Assembly (NCBI GenBank): GCA_964657685.1
Contig: CAZZWG010000001.1
Span: forward strand, 13,642-77,641
Source of the DNA: Verrucomicrobia bacterium Tous-C9LFEB
GTDB lineage: Bacteria; Acidobacteriota; Terriglobia; Terriglobales; Acidobacteriaceae
Direction: 5' to 3'
Length of the DNA: 64,000 bases
Below, in pieces: positions 58,178 to 64,000 of the stretch (position 1 is its first letter; the number at the start of each line of letters is the position of its first letter). Both the position numbers and the translations under genes were made by a program. The notes beneath the pieces were generated by a model. That model saw nothing but the letters and a program-made list of their open reading frames with translations, did no database searches and was not told where the DNA came from.

Positions 58178-58609
58178 ATGACAGCACTAAATCTCCCGCT
58201 GTCGGCATCGCCGACTCCCTTCTTTGGGCGTGTCAAAGCTGAATTGAAGAAGCTTTTCACGCACGTGCCCGGTTGGGAGGCCAGCGCTTCAGCTACGTTG
58301 ACCTTCGTCGCTCCCATGGTTGAGACCGTGGTGGGCCTTGCAGATCCAGCGGCAGCGCCCCTGGTGAATGAGCTCATTGAAAAGGTGCAGAGCGCCATGG
58401 CGGCGGCTGCAGTGGTCATCAAGGCCGCTGGCCCAACGCCCACTCTGGTAACGTATCTCAACGCCATCAACGGGGATATCGCTCAGGTAGAGTCTGTAGC
58501 AGGGATCAAGGATCCAGCAACCGCCACGAAGCTGACCGCGGTGCTTTCCATCATTACCGGAGAAGTGAACGCCATCCTGGAAGAAGTCGGCGCGAGTAAG
58601 ACGGCCTGA
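58178..58609 (+). CDS. Ala-rich all-helical hypothetical protein, last gene of the phage-like cluster
   Basis: 143-aa ORF with amphipathic helices and GAGG upstream; followed by a terminator hairpin. Confidence 0.55.
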   Translation: MTALNLPLSASPTPFFGRVKAELKKLFTHVPGWEASASATLTFVAPMVETVVGLADPAAAPLVNELIEKVQSAMAAAAVVIKAAGPTPTLVTYLNAINGDIAQVESVAGIKDPATATKLTAVLSIITGEVNAILEEVGASKTA

Positions 58610-58628
58610 GCCAGAATGGAATGTCGAT

Positions 58629-58675
58629 GTGGTCATGAAGACAACTGCTTACCGGCAGTTGCCTTTCATGACCAC
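58629..58675. terminator. Long hairpin between the convergent phage-like cluster and sucB
   Basis: GTGGTCATGAAGACAACTGC...GCAGTTGCCTTTCATGACCAC inverted repeat. Confidence 0.65.
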
Positions 58676-58690
58676 AGCTAACGATAGCGG

Positions 58691-60439
58691 TCAGCCAATA
58701 TCTTCAGACCAGTTCTCAAGATAGTTCTTGAAGTCGGTCATGAACTTGCCTGCATCAGCGCCGTCTATGATGCGATGGTCGAACCCGAGTGTGAATCGCT
58801 GCACGTTCCTCACCGCAATGGAATCGTTGCCATCCTTATCGGTAAGCACCATAGGCTCCTTGTTCAGTCCACCGATGCCGAGGATCGCAGACTGGGGCTG
58901 AGCGATGATCGGCGTTCCAAACTGTTCGCCGAAGATGCCGGAGTTTGTCAGTGTGAAGGTGCCTCCGGCTACCTCGTCGGGAGCTAGCTTCTTATTGCGC
59001 GCACGATCCGCAAGATCCACAATGGACCGGGTCACACCCAGAAAAGATTTCTCCTCCGCCTGCTTGATGACGGGAACGATCAGGCCCCATTCCAGTGCCA
59101 CGGCGATGCCGATGTTGATGCTCTTGTTATAGCGGATCGCCTCGCCTTCCGTCGCCGCGTTGACAATGGGGTGCTTGCGCAGGGCCTGTACCGTCGCTCG
59201 CGCAATAAACGGCATGTACGTCAGCTTCACCCCATTCCGTTGCTCATACTTGTTCTTCTCTTTTTCACGCAAGCGCACGATCCGCGTCATATCCACCTTG
59301 AAAACCGTGTGAACATGAGCACTTGTCTGCTTCGACTCCACCATGCGTCGCGCGATGATGGCCCGCATCTTGGACATCGGAACCAGTTCACCTGGCTGAG
59401 GCGTCGGCGCCGCTGCCGCCTTCGCAGGCTGAGTCGTTGCAGCCGCCGACTGGGCTTGCGTGTAGGTGGGGTGAGTCGCCGCAGAGGGCGCAGGCTGAGA
59501 AGCAGCAGTAGTCTGCCCTTGAAACTGAGTGACTGGCTGCTGTCTCGGCTGCGTCTTACCGTTTGTAGCGCCGGACTCGAGATGCCCTAGTATGTCCTGC
59601 TTGGTGATGCGGCCAGAGGCTCCGCTGCCGGGAATGGTGGAAAGATCCACGTTGTTCTCCGCGGCGATCTTGCGTACCAGCGGCGAGGACCGGGGCGCCT
59701 CACCTTGCGAAGCAGAAATGCCGCTCTGGGCAGACGGGCGCTCTGCAGCGATCTCTGGCTTGGCGGGTTCCGCGCTCTTCCTTCCATTCGTGCCCCCGCC
59801 AATCACCGCAACAACAGAGTTGATGGAAACGGTAGATCCTTCAGCAACTTTGATCTCGGTCAGCGTCCCTGCAACAGGCGACGGAATCTCTGCGTCGACC
59901 TTGTCCGTAGAGATCTCGAAGATCGGCTCGTCACGCTGGATCTTGTCTCCAACCTTCTTCAGCCACTTGGTCAGCGTACCCTCGGTGATCGACTCGCCCA
60001 TCTGCGGCATGAGCACCTCTGTGCCTGAACCAGAGTCTTGCTCGGAAGAGGTAGCCGACGAAGATTCACTTCCCTGGGAGGTGTCGCGGATAGCCGTTGC
60101 CTCTGCGGAAGGCGTAACAGTATCCTCGACCGCGAGAGACCGTGACGCAGTCTCCGGCACAGCCGAGGAACTTGCCGGGGCGGCAGAGCCGGCACCTCCA
60201 CCAGCCTCAGATACCGTACAAACGACGGTATTGACGCCAACCGTCGCTCCCTCTTCTACCTTGATTTCCCCAAGCGTTCCGCCTACCGGGGAGGGAATCT
60301 CTGCATCGACCTTATCGGTCGAGATTTCAAACAGTGGCTCATCTCGAGCAACAGTGTCGCCCGGCTTCTTCAGCCATTTCGTGAGTGTACCTTCGGTGAT
60401 CGATTCGCCCATCTGGGGCATGAGTACGTCGGTTGGCAT
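58691..60439 (-). CDS. sucB: 2-oxoacid dehydrogenase E2 (dihydrolipoamide acyltransferase) with two lipoyl domains
   Basis: Two MPQMGESITEG...STDKVDAEIPSP lipoyl domains, E3-binding SPLVRKIA...GSGASGRITKQD, catalytic FDHRIIDGADA. Confidence 0.9.
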   Translation of the reverse strand: MPTDVLMPQMGESITEGTLTKWLKKPGDTVARDEPLFEISTDKVDAEIPSPVGGTLGEIKVEEGATVGVNTVVCTVSEAGGGAGSAAPASSSAVPETASRSLAVEDTVTPSAEATAIRDTSQGSESSSATSSEQDSGSGTEVLMPQMGESITEGTLTKWLKKVGDKIQRDEPIFEISTDKVDAEIPSPVAGTLTEIKVAEGSTVSINSVVAVIGGGTNGRKSAEPAKPEIAAERPSAQSGISASQGEAPRSSPLVRKIAAENNVDLSTIPGSGASGRITKQDILGHLESGATNGKTQPRQQPVTQFQGQTTAASQPAPSAATHPTYTQAQSAAATTQPAKAAAAPTPQPGELVPMSKMRAIIARRMVESKQTSAHVHTVFKVDMTRIVRLREKEKNKYEQRNGVKLTYMPFIARATVQALRKHPIVNAATEGEAIRYNKSINIGIAVALEWGLIVPVIKQAEEKSFLGVTRSIVDLADRARNKKLAPDEVAGGTFTLTNSGIFGEQFGTPIIAQPQSAILGIGGLNKEPMVLTDKDGNDSIAVRNVQRFTLGFDHRIIDGADAGKFMTDFKNYLENWSEDIG

Positions 60440-60546
60440 GATACGAGCTTCTCCGGTGAAGGCTGAACGCCTTGGCAAGTGAAGATTATACGGATGGCAA
60501 AAGAACGCTGGCAGAAACGGTGGGCGGTTAGCGATTGTGCCCGACC

Positions 60547-61284
60547 CTAGATGCGCGAGATCGAGTGATAACTCAGGTCTTCAAGCGATCCGGCCGCAAG
60601 CACCTGCTTTCCGAAAATCCGCCCAAAATTGCGAGCAGTCGCATCCGCGGCACGCTGGAGTGTCGGCTCCGCCGCCCTATCCGCTTCTTCCTCAAGCGAA
60701 GTCACATCTCGATCCGCGATACCGCAAGGAACAATCCATTTGAAGTCGCGAAGATCGGTAGTCACGTTCAGCGCGAAGCCATGGGTGGTAATCCCTTGTG
60801 AGAAGTGAATTCCGATCGCAGCTATCTTCTTCTCCAACACACCCCCACCCGGGACCGTCCATACCCCCGTGCGTTTTGCAATACGTTGCGTCATCACCCC
60901 AAAATCTTTGCAGGTATGGATCAGCGCTTCTTCGATCAAACGCACAAAATCCACCGGACCCAGATGAGGACCGCTCTTTCCGGGCAGGCCTTCCCCCCGC
61001 AGATCAAAAATCGGATAGCCGACCAGTTGACCGGGGCCGTGGTAAGTCACGTCTCCACCCCGATTTGTCTCAAAGACAGCTACACCCTTCTCCGCTAGAA
61101 CGTGTTCAGCGGCAACGATGTGCTCGCGATCCGCGTTACGCCCCAGTGTCAGTACAGGCGGATGCTCCATCAGCAACAAGGTGTCCGCGATGGTACCAAG
61201 GCGGCGCGCATCCGCTATCTCCCGCATGAGTGTGAGCCCCTCGCCGTAGGAGATACGCCCGGTTTGAAGAAGGTGAAGGATCAT
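60547..61284 (-). CDS. lipB: Lipoyl(octanoyl) transferase
   Basis: EHPPVLTLGR, RGGDVTYHGPGQLVGY, KIAAIG, HGFALN and IVPCG motifs. Confidence 0.95.
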   Translation of the reverse strand: MILHLLQTGRISYGEGLTLMREIADARRLGTIADTLLLMEHPPVLTLGRNADREHIVAAEHVLAEKGVAVFETNRGGDVTYHGPGQLVGYPIFDLRGEGLPGKSGPHLGPVDFVRLIEEALIHTCKDFGVMTQRIAKRTGVWTVPGGGVLEKKIAAIGIHFSQGITTHGFALNVTTDLRDFKWIVPCGIADRDVTSLEEEADRAAEPTLQRAADATARNFGRIFGKQVLAAGSLEDLSYHSISRI

Positions 61285-61289
61285 CCGTC

Positions 61290-61760
61290 TCAGAGACCAA
61301 GGTCGGACAAACCGGGGTGGTCATCCGGTCGAGGCCCCTGCGTCCAATGGAACAGGCGATCGCCCTCGGCAATAGGCAAATCGTTGATGCTGGCGTGCCG
61401 AACGGTCATCAATCCGTCCGGGTTGAACTCCCAGTTCTCGTTACCATACGCGCGAAACCAATTCCGCTCGGAATCGTGCCACTCATACGCAAAACGGACG
61501 GCAATCCGATGGGACTGGTACGCCCAGAGTTCCTTGATCAGGCGGTACTCCTCTTCCTCTTTCCACTTGCGGGTGAGGAATTCTAGAATCGCTGGCCGCC
61601 CCTGAAAGAACTCAGAACGATTACGCCACCGGCTGTCTATCGTGTACGCAAGTGCGACCGATTGGGGAGCACGCGTGTTCCAGGCATCCTCCGCCTTGCG
61701 CACCTTCACCAGCGCAGTCTCCCGATCGAACGGAGGCAGCGGTGGTCGTTGGTCAGACAT
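61290..61760 (-). CDS. DUF1348 / SnoaL-like (NTF2 family) protein
   Basis: [28 protein letters not shown] and [10 protein letters not shown] motifs. Confidence 0.9.
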   Translation of the reverse strand: MSDQRPPLPPFDRETALVKVRKAEDAWNTRAPQSVALAYTIDSRWRNRSEFFQGRPAILEFLTRKWKEEEEYRLIKELWAYQSHRIAVRFAYEWHDSERNWFRAYGNENWEFNPDGLMTVRHASINDLPIAEGDRLFHWTQGPRPDDHPGLSDLGL

Positions 61761-61811
61761 CGTACCTCCCAGGATCACCGCTTCACGAATGTGCCTTCCA
61801 GCGCGCACTGT

Positions 61812-63281
61812 CTATACGTTGATCGCCATTCCTTCCACTGCAGAGAAGCCATCAAGCAGAGCCTCATACAGCGTCGGGTGTGCATGAATCGTGAACATCA
61901 TCTCCTCAACCGTCGCCTCAAGTTCGATCGACGTCACCGCCTCGCTGATAAGTTCTGTCGCCGAAGGACCAATAATATGGACACCGAGAATCTCGCCATA
62001 CTTCGCGTCGGACACAACCTTCACAAAGCCATCGTGGGCATCAAGAATCGTGGCCTTCGAGTTCCCCACGAAGGGGAACTTGCCCACCTTCACCTGGTAG
62101 CCTTTCTCCTTGGCCTGCGCCTCCGTGAGGCCGACTGAGCCGATCTGCGGGTCACAGTAGGTGCATCCCGGGATGCGATCCTTGCGCACCGGACGTGCAT
62201 ATTTGCCGGCAGCTTTGCTCGCTACGACGATACCGGCCATCGCACCCACATGCGCCAGCTGCGGCAGACCGCCCACGATGTCGCCGATGGCATACAGTCC
62301 CGGAATCTTCGTCTCCATCCACTCGTTCACCATTACAAAATTGCGTTCAAGTTCGAGACCCACCTTGTCCAGTCCAGCATCGTAGGTACGCGGTGCGCGA
62401 CCCACAGCAACAAGCACCTTCTCAGCGCTCTTCGACTGCGATTTGCCCTGTGCGTCGGCCCACTTCACCGTGACGCCGGTTGCCGTCTTCTCAATGCTCG
62501 ATACCTTGCAACTCGTATTAATCTCAATCCCGCGCTTCTTGTATTGACGGGCAAGCTCCTTCGAAACCTCCTCGTCCTCTACAGGAACGACACGCGGCAA
62601 CGCCTCGATTATGGTTACCTCTGCTCCGAAGCTGTTCATCACCGAGGCAAACTCTACGCCAACTGCACCCGAGCCAATCACAATCATCGACTTCGGCATC
62701 TGGGGAAGCGTAAGGATCTGCATGTTCGTCAGGACTGTGTCGTCCGCCGGATAGCCCGGCAGTGTGCGCGCATCCGAACCCATCGCAAGCACAACCTTCT
62801 TGCCCTTCACCATCGTCTTCGTTTGCTGCGTGTACCCCTCTGCTTGAAGGTCGCGTCCGCGATTCTCTGCTTTATCCTCGTCTGTTACCTCAACGGACCA
62901 CACACCGTCTTTCGGCAATCCCACGAGACGTCCATGCCCGCGCACCACCGCGATCTTGTTCTTCTTCATCAAAAAATCCAGGCCCTTGGTGTGCTTCAGC
63001 GTGATATCGTTCTTCCGCTTCAGCACGTTGTCCCAGTTCAGCCTGGGCTGACCCACATTATCGATTCCAAAACTCTCCGCATCCTTCAGGTGATCCCATA
63101 TCTCGGCTGAGAACAACATGCTCTTGGTGGGTATGCAGCCCCAATGGAGACACGTTCCTCCCAGCTTGTCTGTCTTCTCAATCAAAGCAACCTTGAGGCC
63201 AAGTTGCGCCGCGCGTATGGCGCAGGTATAGCCGGCGGGACCCCCGCCAATTAGAACCAGGTCGTAAGTAACTTCTGCCAA
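61812..63281 (-). CDS. lpdA: Dihydrolipoyl dehydrogenase
   Basis: GGGPAGY, GGTCLHWGCIPTK, GSGAVGVE and HAHPTLYE motifs; TTG start at 63281. Confidence 0.96.
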   Translation of the reverse strand: MAEVTYDLVLIGGGPAGYTCAIRAAQLGLKVALIEKTDKLGGTCLHWGCIPTKSMLFSAEIWDHLKDAESFGIDNVGQPRLNWDNVLKRKNDITLKHTKGLDFLMKKNKIAVVRGHGRLVGLPKDGVWSVEVTDEDKAENRGRDLQAEGYTQQTKTMVKGKKVVLAMGSDARTLPGYPADDTVLTNMQILTLPQMPKSMIVIGSGAVGVEFASVMNSFGAEVTIIEALPRVVPVEDEEVSKELARQYKKRGIEINTSCKVSSIEKTATGVTVKWADAQGKSQSKSAEKVLVAVGRAPRTYDAGLDKVGLELERNFVMVNEWMETKIPGLYAIGDIVGGLPQLAHVGAMAGIVVASKAAGKYARPVRKDRIPGCTYCDPQIGSVGLTEAQAKEKGYQVKVGKFPFVGNSKATILDAHDGFVKVVSDAKYGEILGVHIIGPSATELISEAVTSIELEATVEEMMFTIHAHPTLYEALLDGFSAVEGMAINV

Positions 63282-63413
63282 GGGTATTGCTCCGTTTCGT
63301 GCGGTATTTCGGTTCGTGGCCTGCCGCAAAGCGCTATCGCCAACCGGCCATGGAAGGGCTTCTCCAGTGTACGACGCGGAAAGAGTTGCCTCCCACCGCA
63401 ACGGTCCTCACAG

Positions 63414-63447
63414 GAAAAGAGAAAGGCCGCCTTGTCGGCGGCCTTTC
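63414..63447 (-). terminator. Intrinsic terminator downstream of the radical SAM gene
   Basis: GAAAGGCCGCC / GGCGGCCTTTC stem followed on the minus strand by TCTTTT. Confidence 0.75.
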
Positions 63448-63464
63448 TTCCTCATCAAAAAGAT

Positions 63465-64000
63465 TTAGTCGCCGGCGACTAGATCTTCTTCCTTCTGCGC
63501 GACCGGTGCCGCAGCCTTGATCTCGCCAAGAGCCACGAAGCCGCCCGGCATCTCGGGCTCCTTCAGAATCTCCGTGCGGTAAAGCTTGGCCATCCGTGCA
63601 TTCTCCGCGTCCTGCTTCAGCTTCGCATCCCGCGCACGGATCTTCTCTTCACGCGAGTTCTTTGCGATCCCTGACTTCTCGAACGTATCGTTCGCCGCAG
63701 AATTTACATGCTCTTCGTTCAGCACCAGGTCGTACTTGTCCTGCTTCTCGAGGCCTACCTTCTTGCCGCCCGCGAAGATCTCGTGACGGCCATGCTCCTC
63801 ATACCACTTCGTCAGGGACGATGTCATATGCATCTTCTCGATGATGTTGCGCCAGCCTACGCCGGTGTTGTACGCGCAGAAGCTGATCTCACCCTCTTGC
63901 GTCGCATACGGGATGATGCACTGCTCTGTCCGTCGGAAATCGTAATTGAACAGATCCTGGAACCACATGCCGGCGATGAAGAGGAAGTTCCAACGATCCT
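63465..64000 (-). CDS. Radical SAM protein of the MJ0619/Tes (tetraether synthase) family, C-terminal part
   Basis: GMWFQDLFNYDFRRTEQCIIPYATQEGEISFCAYN resembles the conserved C-terminal FQD..N.D..R...C.I.Y...G...FCAYN block of this family. The CxxxCxxC motif would lie outside the window. Confidence 0.6.
   Translation of the reverse strand, partial: DRWNFLFIAGMWFQDLFNYDFRRTEQCIIPYATQEGEISFCAYNTGVGWRNIIEKMHMTSSLTKWYEEHGRHEIFAGGKKVGLEKQDKYDLVLNEEHVNSAANDTFEKSGIAKNSREEKIRARDAKLKQDAENARMAKLYRTEILKEPEMPGGFVALGEIKAAAPVAQKEEDLVAGD

Larger units (their letters stand above)
41926..58609 (+). mobile_element. Phage-derived head-tail gene cluster (candidate GTA-like or domesticated prophage)
   Basis: Co-oriented TerL-portal-protease-scaffold-capsid-neck-tube-hub-holin genes; no integrase, att, replication or repressor genes seen; flanked by host genes. 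Confidence 0.8.

Noticed and set aside
36467-58690. Integrase, att repeats, tRNA integration site or LexA boxes around the phage-like genes
   Set aside because: None recognised by eye; GAAC/GTTC words near 36760-36800 lack consensus spacing. A computational repeat search was not possible.
59850-60439. Direct repeat of about 230 nt in sucB and repeats within the Ig-protein gene
   Set aside because: Explained by duplicated lipoyl domains and protein-domain repeats; not CRISPR or mobile DNA.

Overview
GC-rich chromosomal window, most likely from an Acidobacteriaceae bacterium (inferred from gene content and protein style, not from a database search). The left part is mostly housekeeping: a partial S9 peptidase, a Wzx-like flippase, dnaG, a TrmJ-like methyltransferase, a 14-kb alternative complex III (actA-F plus an ActG-like gene) / SCO / A2-type caa3 oxidase operon, alkA, dps, a CDP-alcohol phosphatidyltransferase, a GT4-GNAT fusion, a giant NHL/Ig-repeat surface protein with a partner beta-barrel, a GH57/DUF3536 hydrolase, greA, ruvX and mltG. 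The right end holds sucB-like, lipB, lpdA and a partial Tes-like radical SAM gene. The most notable element is a compact, apparently intact phage head-tail module at 41.9-58.6 kb: tail-fibre-like protein, TerL, portal, protease, scaffold, capsid, neck, tube, hub-like and holin-like genes. It has no recognisable integrase, repressor, replication, tape-measure or endolysin gene, carries a HipA-like kinase/DUF3037 pair between TerL and portal, and is punctuated by terminator-like hairpins. A detached module at 36.6-38.2 kb (strong sigma70 promoter, Zn-ribbon protein, sigma-region-4-like regulator, terminator, TerS-like ORF) is separated from it by four host-type genes. I interpret this as a candidate domesticated gene-transfer-agent-like system; that interpretation is inference and needs comparative genomics and experiments. 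No tRNA, rRNA, CRISPR array or IS element was recognised.
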